DNA from: a virus
Taxonomy: Duplodnaviria > Caudoviricetes
DNA: 42,846 nt
Reading direction: 5' to 3' (one strand)
Virus record (IMG/VR): IMGVR_UViG_3300027769_000049
Span: 1-42,846 of that record
Part shown: positions 10,201-18,677 of the stretch, in pieces
Layout: every line of letters starts with the position of its first letter
Position numbering within the stretch: position 1 is the first letter of the stretch
Position numbers and translations under genes: made by a program
The notes under the pieces: generated by a model
Databases searched by the model: none
What the model saw: only the letters and a program-made list of their open reading frames with translations
Told to the model about the DNA's origin: nothing

Positions 10201-12646
10201 TGTTGTACTTTTCGCCCTTGGTGGTGAAGTCAGAGTTGATCTGATTCGTCGCCTGAGCGGTGTCGTCAAACCCGCTGCTGTTGCGGTCGAAGTTCCCGCT
10301 CGTCATGAGCCGGGAGTCGAGGTCCTTGAAGTCAGCTTCGGGCGGCTGGTAGTAGTGGAAGTTCGTGTCGATTACCGGGTTCTCAAGGTCGTAGAACGGC
10401 TGTCGGTCCCGCCACTCGGCCAGGTTCTCGAACTTGTCTGAAGACTTGAGCCCGTCGCCGTTTGGGCCCACGATTCCAGCAGGCGTCACGCCTTCCTTGG
10501 GGATGAAGGCATCAGTGAACCTGTGCTTGGATGCGTCCCAGGGCACCACCTCGTCGGTCTCAACCCCGGCTTCGTCGGTCTTGTTCTTGAGGCGGGCGAT
10601 CCAAGTGCTTGAAGGCGGCATGTCCGTGTCTGGACTGAACAACCTCCAACCGCCTGGGGCATTGGGATCCTCCACCGCAATGGGCTTAACCCCCAGCTCT
10701 CGGGCCTGCTCGATGAGCGCCTCCCGGAGGGTCGGGGCACCACCCAGCTCGGCTGGCGGCTCTGCACTGAGGCCGGACGGAAGGTGGTTGTTGACGTCGG
10801 CGTCGTACATGTCGCCGGGCAGCTTCGCCCACTGCCCGGTGGCGGGGTCTTTCCAGATCAGGTGCCGATCCCGCTCTGTGACCAGCATCGGCTTGCCTTC
10901 GCTGTCGGTCTTTCCGCTCTCGTCGAGCTTGCTGATCATCGTCTTGCGGCCGGTCGTCCGGAACCCCGTGGTTCCCTCTACGCCCGAGAGGTCCTCGCCC
11001 TCGACGATGTTGCCAGCCTCGTCAACTTTCACCGGGGTGTCGGCGTTGACGTCGGTTCCACCGATGCCCTTTTGGAATCTCCGAACGGTGTCCATGGAGA
11101 CGCTGGAGTTGAGGGCCTTTTGGGCCAGCTCTGCGTTGGCCAACGAACGGCCCATGGACCGAGGCACGAAGTCACGGATCGTGCGAGGCTTATCGCTGTC
11201 CCCGAACGTGCCCATGATGGTGTGGGTCATCACCCGGGGCATTTCGTATGAGCCAGTGGATGGCATTCGGGGCGGCTGGTAGTCAGGGACAAGCCGCAGC
11301 AGGGCCTCGTCGCTGATGTTGGCGAAGTCCATTCCCGTCAGCTCGGGCTTGGCCGCACGAACAGCTTGCTCCAGGGACTGCCGGTAGAAGGCAGCCGAAA
11401 TCTCTGGGGTGATTTCCCGGCGAATCGTCTTCGGCACGACGACGTTCACCTTCTGCGGATCTCTCCAACGGCGAGAGGCGAGGTCCGGTCGGCTGAACTT
11501 CTTCGTGTCAACACCAACAAGGGGTGCTTGGTAGTCGCTTTTGGTGACTACGCTTCCTGGGGATTTTCCAGTCCAGTTGGGGTTGTCTCCTTCCACCCCC
11601 AGGTCGCTCATCGGCTCTTGCCCTGTGGCCAGGCCCTCAGACCTTGCCATGTCGTCCATGACCTTTTGGTAGCTGATCTCTCCAACATCCCCGGCGGCGT
11701 GGGCATCGAGCCGATCATCGACGCCCTCCATGTCGGGCTCATACCCAGCAGTGTCGAATCCGCCGCCATCCTCAGCGCTTCGGTACACAGCAGTGGCAAA
11801 GTCCCGGTCGATGCCGGGAGCGTTCCCTTCTTGCTGGGCGATCTCGGCAATGGCATTGCCCCGCTGGGCAGTCATCCTTCCCTGAAGGGCACCAAGGATC
11901 TCTTGGACGCTTGAGTGCATGGGAGTGGACAGAACGTCGCCACTCCGGTCTCGGGATGTCTGCACCGGGTTCTCGTCGGCAAGTCGCTGGATGATCTCCT
12001 GCTTGACCGGCGAGTCATTCGGGGTCTCGCTCCACCACTTGATCAACTCCTGACGAAGCCCGACCGACTGATCGAACAGGGCGTTCATGAACAGGGCTGT
12101 CGTCGGCCGCCCCGAAGTGTCGGCTGCCTTGGAGAACTGCCGCTGCCCCTTGGAGATGTTGAACTCGGCGGGGCGGTTCCCGTCGCTCCACCGACTTTCC
12201 CGCATAAGGGCGGCGTCGAGAAACTCCTGGATCGCCGTCCTCCCTGACGGGTACTGCCGGATCTGCGAGTCGGGCTTGGTCACGAAGGGCATCTGGCCGT
12301 ACTTGACGCTGGACCGGCCGTCTTCGCCTTGAATCAAGTTGTTCAGGTTGAACCCAGGATTCCTGCCAACGCTCAGCCCGCTCATGGGGCCGGTGGCATT
12401 CGGACTGGCGTTCCTGCCCATGACCTGCTGAAGCTGGTCCATGAGGCCGCGAAGAGTCGATGCGTCCAGACTCCGGGCCTGCTCTTCCGGGACCCCTCCC
12501 TGGATGAGTGCTTGAATCATGGCCTCTTCCTGGCCGACTTCGAGCCCGCCCTTCTGGATTGCGTCAACGCCCAAATCCCTCAGGCTGACAGGAGGGAGGG
12601 CCTTGCTGATCGAGAAGTTGCCAAGGGCCTTGCTTGGATTGGCCAT
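7271..12646 (-). CDS. Giant multidomain (polyvalent-like) putative virion protein, 1791 aa, with HTH-like and FtsK-gamma-like modules and a C-terminal hydrophobic segment
   Basis: Pro/Ala linkers separate small domains: KMIPRDAYIAATGIPADKLDEMEKAGQIESFIVDG (excisionase/MerR-like HTH), EQFDAAWDAVTESG...GILERMEKDGVVSP...GRKLL (FtsK gamma-like), IAAVVAGGAGLIGASSLL. Confidence 0.65.
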   Translation of the reverse strand: MANPSKALGNFSISKALPPVSLRDLGVDAIQKGGLEVGQEEAMIQALIQGGVPEEQARSLDASTLRGLMDQLQQVMGRNASPNATGPMSGLSVGRNPGFNLNNLIQGEDGRSSVKYGQMPFVTKPDSQIRQYPSGRTAIQEFLDAALMRESRWSDGNRPAEFNISKGQRQFSKAADTSGRPTTALFMNALFDQSVGLRQELIKWWSETPNDSPVKQEIIQRLADENPVQTSRDRSGDVLSTPMHSSVQEILGALQGRMTAQRGNAIAEIAQQEGNAPGIDRDFATAVYRSAEDGGGFDTAGYEPDMEGVDDRLDAHAAGDVGEISYQKVMDDMARSEGLATGQEPMSDLGVEGDNPNWTGKSPGSVVTKSDYQAPLVGVDTKKFSRPDLASRRWRDPQKVNVVVPKTIRREITPEISAAFYRQSLEQAVRAAKPELTGMDFANISDEALLRLVPDYQPPRMPSTGSYEMPRVMTHTIMGTFGDSDKPRTIRDFVPRSMGRSLANAELAQKALNSSVSMDTVRRFQKGIGGTDVNADTPVKVDEAGNIVEGEDLSGVEGTTGFRTTGRKTMISKLDESGKTDSEGKPMLVTERDRHLIWKDPATGQWAKLPGDMYDADVNNHLPSGLSAEPPAELGGAPTLREALIEQARELGVKPIAVEDPNAPGGWRLFSPDTDMPPSSTWIARLKNKTDEAGVETDEVVPWDASKHRFTDAFIPKEGVTPAGIVGPNGDGLKSSDKFENLAEWRDRQPFYDLENPVIDTNFHYYQPPEADFKDLDSRLMTSGNFDRNSSGFDDTAQATNQINSDFTTKGEKYNSLINQIIADPWATKSVETLWSMIGGHLGKNPLSLNEPKLKAAFGNVQVNANWTPEQVAQANIDDRLEQLSSLIADRARHLFQGETANSRRAAVMQALQNTFDPSVANPERRPGVWVEPSGTDEESLAARRPIPYRDAAPANIIGQEHPSQQPPNSTDSRTFLTEGERTELDAMKGLKRETAIPTWVGKDGWREEWEREWSNLPEWVKELRRSGRQGEIESGKSHPGLADMYAMPGYPQSAKDYADTMRGFSFRRPMQEFGPQNRTVIDRIRGYLENDNQAKNGLRMLTDQGYVPINSPAISGDVGPATTKGEIPSVPSPGPMMKPGNKPFGNIHSSQWGALTQADSIEDAIGPTPEGYSKLRKGEAADRTDSSNNTLNNLYFADASKLLTPDDQEALDILLSLKDRTPDDAKWAKDVIEELREEASNKGPHQKTHQAILDFIDEALKEAGIKWRDVEAHSAGVVNKADPAASPAPSDPAGTDKLDNAAAPTVSQTAYTEDPAWPHSPGPGFKWTQEGIERGKKARPSRSMTVEEWMETPEGEKYIRGISRGKTWRSMKYWKERMQQLDSIDPNLWSSIDAAYIKHFEDAIAAVEAKRNGAGAQPQAPAPAPAPAGPKMIPRDAYIAATGIPADKLDEMEKAGQIESFIVDGQVMYRADGSKQPLPPNPTGWEDPNRPKDPAPDPAPSSDPAPSPAPSPAPSTYLPHTQEQFDAAWDAVTESGRTTADVIVAKLGVNLSVAKGILERMEKDGVVSPWVANEGRKLLKPKIKAQPAPQPDPQNAGPSPSPGPAKTVEEESGDLVGDEDANAAAADAQKIQGEQAADNGSDVDGDEVEDGDDVDVDEEVEVQQTVPKTQTKKAEKPTWSSRASDAAGAVAGNRGKIAAVVAGGAGLIGASSLLKQAGAPPNPYATPPSKDAGLDPIFGVPVEDEGTIFTPGSGSGGYTKPFSQMSPSERIRYIRFDPDRMTPQTLQRPT

Positions 12647-12927
12647 CAGGCATCACCCTTTCCGTTCTTCTTGCCCTTGAGCTGGCTGGCCACTGCTTTC
12701 GGGAGGTCGTCCTCGGTGACCTTGGGCGGCTTGCTGTCGCCCTTCTTCTCTTCGTGCAGGTCCACGAGTTCGTCGTTGTCCTTCTCGGCGTCGTCACCCT
12801 CGTCGTCCTTGCTGTCTTTCTTTCGACGGTGGCTCATGCTCGACATGTTCGCGGCATGGCGAAGGGCCATCCGCAACTGCTTCGGCGTCATGTCTTCGAT
12901 GTCGAGTCCAACAACGTGGTGGGACAT
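12646..12927 (-). CDS. Small charged hypothetical protein
   Basis: Fills gap exactly; TGATG coupling to next gene at 12646. Confidence 0.7.
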   Translation of the reverse strand: MSHHVVGLDIEDMTPKQLRMALRHAANMSSMSHRRKKDSKDDEGDDAEKDNDELVDLHEEKKGDSKPPKVTEDDLPKAVASQLKGKKNGKGDA

Positions 12928-12930
12928 GGG

Positions 12931-13422
12931 TCATTCCATCTGGGATAGGAGTGCGAGTCGGATTTGCTGCCAGGCTTGCTGCCTGGCCATGTTCATGCCG
13001 AGCCGGTTGGACTGCTGGGAAAACTGCTTCTGCCAATTCGCTGAGTTCAGGCCGCTCTGAAGTTCGTAGTTCGAGTTGAGCCGGGCCCCCAAGAGGGCCT
13101 GGTAGGCGGCGTCTTGCTGGGAATTGAACGCCTGGTCCTGAGAGCGAATCCCTGCGGCCTGCTGGGCGCCCTGAGCCTGACCGGCCGCTTGCTGCTGGCC
13201 AGCCACCATGCGCTGCTGGGCTCCAGCCGAGAACCCGGCCTTGGCAAGCTGCCCGGGTCGGCTGTACCCCTGCTGGAACCCAGAGGCCACGGCGTTGTTG
13301 GCGGCGTCCTCGGTGGTCGAGTCAGCGATCTTTCTGGGCTGCCGAAGACCCGAGAGGTCGGCCATCGGGTTTTTCTTGGGAGCCGCCTGCATGGGACGGA
13401 ACCCGGGCTCTGCACCGATCAT
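12931..13422 (-). CDS. Q/A-rich putative ejection (pilot) protein
   Basis: ATGA overlap at 13419-13422 favours this start; low-complexity helical composition; position after nozzle. Confidence 0.55.
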   Translation of the reverse strand: MIGAEPGFRPMQAAPKKNPMADLSGLRQPRKIADSTTEDAANNAVASGFQQGYSRPGQLAKAGFSAGAQQRMVAGQQQAAGQAQGAQQAAGIRSQDQAFNSQQDAAYQALLGARLNSNYELQSGLNSANWQKQFSQQSNRLGMNMARQQAWQQIRLALLSQME

Positions 13423-13877
13423 TGCAGCAGACCGATCAGGCCGGTCCTCCATTGGGTCCGCATGTCAAGCTGCTGGCGGGCGAGCTGGTTCGCCAGGTTC
13501 ATTTGGTCAACTGCCTGGCCGGTCATCTGCTGGTATCGCTGGAGCCTGGCCGCCCGGCCTTGCTGGGTGAGCTGCTCCCGTTGCTGCTGCTGCTGAGCCT
13601 GCCATTGAGCGTTGGTCGTGTCGGCAGCTCGACCGGCCGTGGCTTGGTTCTGCATCAACTGGCTCTTGGCGAAGTCAGTGACGGCCCGGTCTCCAGTTGC
13701 GGTTCCTGTGTTTGGCTTGGTATTCGAGTCATGCCTCAGCCCTTGGAGAAGGCTGCTCTTGTTCACCGCTTGGCCGTTTGCGGGGAACTGCGAGTTGAAC
13801 CCCGTGGGGCTCGGCATCTGCTGTTTCGGCTGGGGCTTTGGTGCGGGGCCGGGGCCGCCGCCGTAGAAAGTCGGCAT
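13419..13877 (-). CDS. Q-rich putative ejection (pilot) protein
   Basis: Tightly packed ORF, poly-Q coiled coil, ends GLIGLLQ. Confidence 0.55.
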   Translation of the reverse strand: MPTFYGGGPGPAPKPQPKQQMPSPTGFNSQFPANGQAVNKSSLLQGLRHDSNTKPNTGTATGDRAVTDFAKSQLMQNQATAGRAADTTNAQWQAQQQQQREQLTQQGRAARLQRYQQMTGQAVDQMNLANQLARQQLDMRTQWRTGLIGLLQ

Positions 13878-13880
13878 GGG

Positions 13881-14705
13881 TCACCCGAGGAGTGCTTGGC
13901 GAAATGGAGAAAAGCCTTCTGACTTCCGGCCGTTGACGATGGTGGTTCCGCCAAGACCGGCGGCCTTCATCAGCATGGAGTTCCTTTGGTTCTTTTGCTG
14001 GGCGGCCTGCTGTGCCATTGCCATACCAGCACGTTGCTCTTCCTGCTTGGACTGAAGAGCCATCCTGGCGATGTTGGCTTCATGCTCTCGGTCAGCCTGA
14101 TCGTTGGCCTGGGCGACTCGGGAGTCCATCTCCCGCTCCCAGGCCTTGTTCGTGGCCGAGATGGCGTCGTTGTAGGACTGAAGGCCCTGCTGCTGCATGG
14201 CAACGCCAGGGTGAACGAACTGCTTCTGCTGCTGCTGTTGGGCCTGCTGTTCTTGCTGCCCCTCGGGCTGCTGATGGGCTCCGTCCCCCGCCGCCTGCTT
14301 GGCTGGCTTGGTTGGCGGCGGGTTGTTGAAAGCCGCCATAGGGTGGATCGCCCCTGAAGCAATCGCGGGCTGGAGGGCTACCGGCGGAATAGAGGGCGGG
14401 AGCGTTTCCGGCTTGGAGAACTGGGCAAACATCCCCGGAACAGCCCGGGCTTTGGCAAGGTTCTGCCCCTGAATCCCGGCAATCTCGCTCCGTGACTCCT
14501 GCACCTGAGATGCGTGGTAGTGCGACCGGGAGGGATGCCCCATAAACCCAGGGGCCTGGGCGACTGGGCCCATGGGTCCGTGGCCGGTAAACCCGAAGGC
14601 GGGCTGCCGAAGCTGAGGCCGAGCGGGCTTTGGTCGCTGACCAGGCAAAGACTCAGGGAATCTGCCCTGATTCTCTTCGTCACTCCAGGTTCTTGCCATG
14701 CCCAT
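13881..14705 (-). CDS. Q/P-rich putative internal virion protein
   Basis: AGGAGG Shine-Dalgarno 8 nt upstream; ends RQALLG. Confidence 0.6.
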   Translation of the reverse strand: MGMARTWSDEENQGRFPESLPGQRPKPARPQLRQPAFGFTGHGPMGPVAQAPGFMGHPSRSHYHASQVQESRSEIAGIQGQNLAKARAVPGMFAQFSKPETLPPSIPPVALQPAIASGAIHPMAAFNNPPPTKPAKQAAGDGAHQQPEGQQEQQAQQQQQKQFVHPGVAMQQQGLQSYNDAISATNKAWEREMDSRVAQANDQADREHEANIARMALQSKQEEQRAGMAMAQQAAQQKNQRNSMLMKAAGLGGTTIVNGRKSEGFSPFRQALLG

Positions 14706-14714
14706 CAGGTGGTC

Positions 14715-14738
14715 CTCCTAATGGTTCATGGCCCCCCT
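14715..14738 (-). promoter_or_regulatory. Conserved motif A, copy 1 (AGGGGGGCCATGAACCATTAGGAG)
   Basis: 23/24 identical to 28530-28553; similar to 42037-42061; always just upstream of a minus-strand gene. Confidence 0.6.
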
Positions 14739-15736
14739 GCCGCTGATTGGTCATCCCCGCCAGCCAGCAGGCATGCAGTTTCAATCAGCGCGGCAGCCCC
14801 GGCTCGTGTAAACAGCCACGAGCTTCTCTCCTTGGCTTGCTCCTCTAGCCAACCAATCACTGTCTCCGTGTTATCCCTCACCCATTGGACTCCTTTCTCG
14901 TCCATCTCCCTGGCCCTGGCGTTGCAGGGGCAGTTCTCGGTGGCGACGTACCCCATGGCGGCGAGGAGCTTTTTGAGTTCGGTGCCGGGCCCGCCTCGGG
15001 GTGGAGCAACGCAGGCAATCTGGCACTCCTGCTCGGTCGGGTACCCCTGGTTCTCGTTGGCGACCACTCGGAGTTCGCACTTCCCGTCAGGCTGGCACAC
15101 CCACCGGACGAGATCCCCGCCGCCTTCCCCGCAGCATCGGTCCAGCCGCTCCTTGATCCTCTCCAGCTCGATGCTGATTTCGTTGATCTGGGCACAGACC
15201 GATCGGTTGGTGGCTCTCCCGTTGCCAGAGCAGCAGACCAAGTCGCCCTTGATGGCTGGCTTGCACGGCAGGGAAGGCGGGGTGGAGATGTCGGGCAGGC
15301 ACTCTCGGGCCTTCTTCCTGAACCACTGGCAGTTCAGGATCTTGTCCAGCAGGCCGGGGAGAAGTCCGTAGATGATCCCGGTCAGGCCGGTGAGGTCCAC
15401 TTCGCCGTCTCGGCCAGCCTGTCCCGTCTCGCCGTCTTGGCCAGACTCCCCGTCCTTCCCGTCCACGCCGGTGCCGTTGTAGCCCCGCAGGCCGTCCTTG
15501 CCGTTCCGGCCGTCCTCGCCGTCAATGGCGGTCTGCTCCTTGGAACGGAACCTGTTCTTGAAGCTGGATGATCGGGCTTGGCTTGCGGTGATCTCCCGAG
15601 AGCTGGAGTCTGCCTGCACCTGACTGGAGTCGGCCAGGGTGAGCAGTCTCTGGGCGATGTCGAGGGAGTGGTTGCTGGGGACGCCGGACTGGGTGAGCAG
15701 CTCCCCGATCTGCTGGGCCGGACGAGGATCAGGCAT
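14726..15736 (-). CDS. Cys-rich protein with short collagen-like G-x-D tract
   Basis: Start MPDPRPAQQ overlaps the upstream stop; DGEDGRNGKDG tract; C-terminal GPGTELKKLL...CPCNARAREMD...IGWLEEQA module. Confidence 0.65.
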   Translation of the reverse strand: MPDPRPAQQIGELLTQSGVPSNHSLDIAQRLLTLADSSQVQADSSSREITASQARSSSFKNRFRSKEQTAIDGEDGRNGKDGLRGYNGTGVDGKDGESGQDGETGQAGRDGEVDLTGLTGIIYGLLPGLLDKILNCQWFRKKARECLPDISTPPSLPCKPAIKGDLVCCSGNGRATNRSVCAQINEISIELERIKERLDRCCGEGGGDLVRWVCQPDGKCELRVVANENQGYPTEQECQIACVAPPRGGPGTELKKLLAAMGYVATENCPCNARAREMDEKGVQWVRDNTETVIGWLEEQAKERSSWLFTRAGAAALIETACLLAGGDDQSAAGGP

Positions 15737-18677
15737 CTTCCACTCCCTGGAGGTCGATCTGGTGGACCACCACCGGGCCCGCCTCTGTCTGCTCCCCGTG
15801 AAGCCCGATGGCAATGTGGGTGTCGTTCCCAGAGAAGTCCGCGATCGTCCTGCCTGCAAACAGGGCTCGGGCAATGCCGTTGGTGGGGGCGTCCTCGTGG
15901 GGCATGGCGATCATGTCCACGAAAGCGTCCGGGGCCTCGTCGGAGTGGACAAACCCAACCCCTCGGTCTCGTCGTGCCACTGCCTTCCGGGGCTGGTCTG
16001 AGCCGTTGTAGAAGACCTGGAGGTTCAGCAGGCAGGATTCCTCGGTCGGCTTGTAGACCACCGATGCGGTTCGAGACATCTGCTGCCCGCCGTTTTTGGC
16101 CGTCTCGTCTGTGACGAAGGCGGCGTTCCCGGACTTCCATCTCCACGAAACCGAGGCCCCGTCGTCGGTGAGCCCCACGCCAAGCTGGTGAAGCCCCGAG
16201 TCAGAGCCCAAGTAGGAGACCAGACTCCCGGTCGCGTCCCTTACCTCACACCCAGAGGAGAACACCTTGGGATAGTTCTCCATCCAGAAGCTCTTGGTGT
16301 CAGGGTCGTAGACGATCTGTCTGGTCGGGTACTTCCCGGCGTCACCGTCGAACGACACGAACACCCGGATCACCCCGAGGTTGCGGTCGGCCCGGATGAA
16401 GAACCACTCCTTTTTGGAGAAGTCGATCGTCTGAAGGCTGGCGTCCGAGTTCACCCGGAACATGGTGTCGAGCTGCGGGCTGAGATGCTCCACCTGCCCC
16501 TGCTGGTCGAGCGAGTAGAGCCCCATGTCGTCGAGGATGAACAGGGTGCCCTGGTAGATGTCCCAGCACCTCTGGCTGATCACTCCCCGGTAGGCCACAA
16601 GGGAGACGGTTGCGTCGAGGGAGGGGTCGTTGACCCAGGTGAGCCGGTGGCAGTGTCGGGACTGTCCAACCACGAGAGCCCCGGCGTAGGGGATGAGAGC
16701 CGTGATGTAGTCCGTGTCTCTGACGTTCGTCTGTAGAACAAGCTCGTTGGTCTCGGGGACGGACTCAGGCTCATCGGCTTCGGAGTAGAGGAGCGTATTG
16801 GGCCGATGTCCGGTGGTGTCCACCCCGAGAACCGTCCGATCTTGAAACACAACGCCAACAGAAAAGTCAGAGCTAGCCACGCCGTATCTGTTCGCGTTGA
16901 GGGCTCCGTTGCCAAGCAAAATGGGAAGTCCAAGGAACCCCTCCCTGTCAGCATTGGTCAGGTCGTAGTCCGAGAGCTTGTCCTCAAACTTCGTCGGTGA
17001 CCGGAGGGTGGCAACGCGGAACAGAGTGGTCGCCTGGTTGCTTGTGGACCGCCAGAGTTCCACCGCAGTCGCACCGCTGGGGATGGGGATCGGCAGCCAT
17101 GTGAGCTTGGCTGCCTGGTCGCCACAGTCCACCTCGTTCACCGGGGACAGCGAGGAGTAGATCGGCCCGCCAGCAGAGGCTGGGACCGAGTCATTCACGA
17201 AGCGGTAGTAGCACTGGTACTTGCCTCGGAGGGTGGCCCGCATGATGGCCAGACCCCGAGCCTTGCCGACATCCCCGGTGGTGTCCAGGAGAGTCGGAGG
17301 GAACAGGTAGGTCTTGTTCGGGTTGGGGATGTTGAGCTTGGTGATCTCTCCCTTGCAGTTCACCTCGGTTGTGATCGTGTCTCCGTCTTCGGTCACGAAC
17401 GTCGGTGGAGTGAGGTAGCCAGAGCCCGGCTTGGTCAAAGTGGTCTTCAGGGCTCGCTGCCGGTAGGTGCTGGCGTTGATGACCGTGAGCCGGTCTGGGC
17501 ATCGGGGGTCGTCCTGGCAGTACCCTCTTGCCTTGAGTTGGCACCGGGCTGTCGTGCTGCACACCGGCCCGTTGAACCCAGTGCCTGACTGGTAGAGGGA
17601 GGCAACGTGCATGGTTGCCGTGACTTCGTCTCCTGGCTTGTACCCCGAGCCGAAGTCGTAGACCTGTACTTGGATGTCGAGGTCTTTCAGGTCCTGGCCA
17701 TCTCCGGTCGGGCACTGCACCCGGTTCCAGAACGAAGACGGGAAGGTGATGAAAGCCTTGGCCCCTCGGCCGGATCCGCCTGTGGCCTCGACGATGAACC
17801 CGTTCCCTTGCCGGATGTACTCCTGCCAGCAGACCCAGAAGAAGTTGGGGAACTCGAACAGCTCCCAGAACACGATTCCGGTGCTGGGGTCACCCTTGGC
17901 ACAGCCGTCCTTCAGCTCCAGGACAGCAGCCGCACCCTGGCCGGTGACAGCAAGGCCGGGCTGATCGGTGAACTGGACGCACGGGGTGGTGGTGTAGCCA
18001 GTCCCACCATCGGTGATCTCTACCTCGGAGACCTGTGCAGAGGCGATCCGGCAAATGGCGGTGGCTTGCCTGCCAGACCCGATCGGTGGCGGGGTGACCG
18101 GGGCGTCGGGGAGCAGGGGGTTGATGGGGGCGACGGACGATGGCGGGCCGATGTAGACCTTGGGCGGCAAGTGGTACCCGTTCCCGGCGTCGGTGATGTC
18201 CACTCGGGCGACGTAGAAGCTGGCGGTCTTGTCCACCTCGATCTCGGGCTTGGAGGTGGGGGCTTCCATGCCCACCATCCTCATCTTCCCGTCTGTGCCT
18301 CGGACCATGCCCCGCTTCCCGTACCCCTGGTACAGGTACACCTCTCCCCTTCGGCCCTGGGAGAAGCTGACGGGGTGGTCGGGCGAGAAGGCCCCTTTTA
18401 CGAGGAGACTCTCTGCAAGGCCGGAATCGACGGCGAACTGGACGATGTCACCTTGGTCGGTCTGCCCGAGAACGAACTGCGGCTGGCCCGCTCCGGTGGT
18501 CAAACCCCAGAGTTCGAGCATTCGTGTCGCCGTTGTTACCACAGACCGGCTGCCTCCCCGTACCGTGAGCTGGCCGGGGATCAAGGACATGCAGTTGGTC
18601 TGGACCGTGGCCGCACCGGCAGGGAGCCCGTAGGGTGAGGCTGCCTGGATGTACCCCAGCCACTTGTTGATTCTCAT
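15729..18677 (-). CDS. Putative tail nozzle/tubular protein B-like with inserted GxGY repeats (982 aa)
   Basis: Beta-rich; LLYSEADEPESVP and ITALIPYAGALVV propeller-like blades; directly after adaptor and before ejection genes. Confidence 0.6.
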   Translation of the reverse strand: MRINKWLGYIQAASPYGLPAGAATVQTNCMSLIPGQLTVRGGSRSVVTTATRMLELWGLTTGAGQPQFVLGQTDQGDIVQFAVDSGLAESLLVKGAFSPDHPVSFSQGRRGEVYLYQGYGKRGMVRGTDGKMRMVGMEAPTSKPEIEVDKTASFYVARVDITDAGNGYHLPPKVYIGPPSSVAPINPLLPDAPVTPPPIGSGRQATAICRIASAQVSEVEITDGGTGYTTTPCVQFTDQPGLAVTGQGAAAVLELKDGCAKGDPSTGIVFWELFEFPNFFWVCWQEYIRQGNGFIVEATGGSGRGAKAFITFPSSFWNRVQCPTGDGQDLKDLDIQVQVYDFGSGYKPGDEVTATMHVASLYQSGTGFNGPVCSTTARCQLKARGYCQDDPRCPDRLTVINASTYRQRALKTTLTKPGSGYLTPPTFVTEDGDTITTEVNCKGEITKLNIPNPNKTYLFPPTLLDTTGDVGKARGLAIMRATLRGKYQCYYRFVNDSVPASAGGPIYSSLSPVNEVDCGDQAAKLTWLPIPIPSGATAVELWRSTSNQATTLFRVATLRSPTKFEDKLSDYDLTNADREGFLGLPILLGNGALNANRYGVASSDFSVGVVFQDRTVLGVDTTGHRPNTLLYSEADEPESVPETNELVLQTNVRDTDYITALIPYAGALVVGQSRHCHRLTWVNDPSLDATVSLVAYRGVISQRCWDIYQGTLFILDDMGLYSLDQQGQVEHLSPQLDTMFRVNSDASLQTIDFSKKEWFFIRADRNLGVIRVFVSFDGDAGKYPTRQIVYDPDTKSFWMENYPKVFSSGCEVRDATGSLVSYLGSDSGLHQLGVGLTDDGASVSWRWKSGNAAFVTDETAKNGGQQMSRTASVVYKPTEESCLLNLQVFYNGSDQPRKAVARRDRGVGFVHSDEAPDAFVDMIAMPHEDAPTNGIARALFAGRTIADFSGNDTHIAIGLHGEQTEAGPVVVHQIDLQGVEDA

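Noticed and set aside
7271-12646. Virion RNA polymerase or tape measure protein
   Set aside because: No DxDGD-in-context or T7-type polymerase motifs and no tape-measure periodicity recognised; a very divergent enzyme cannot be excluded without structure search.
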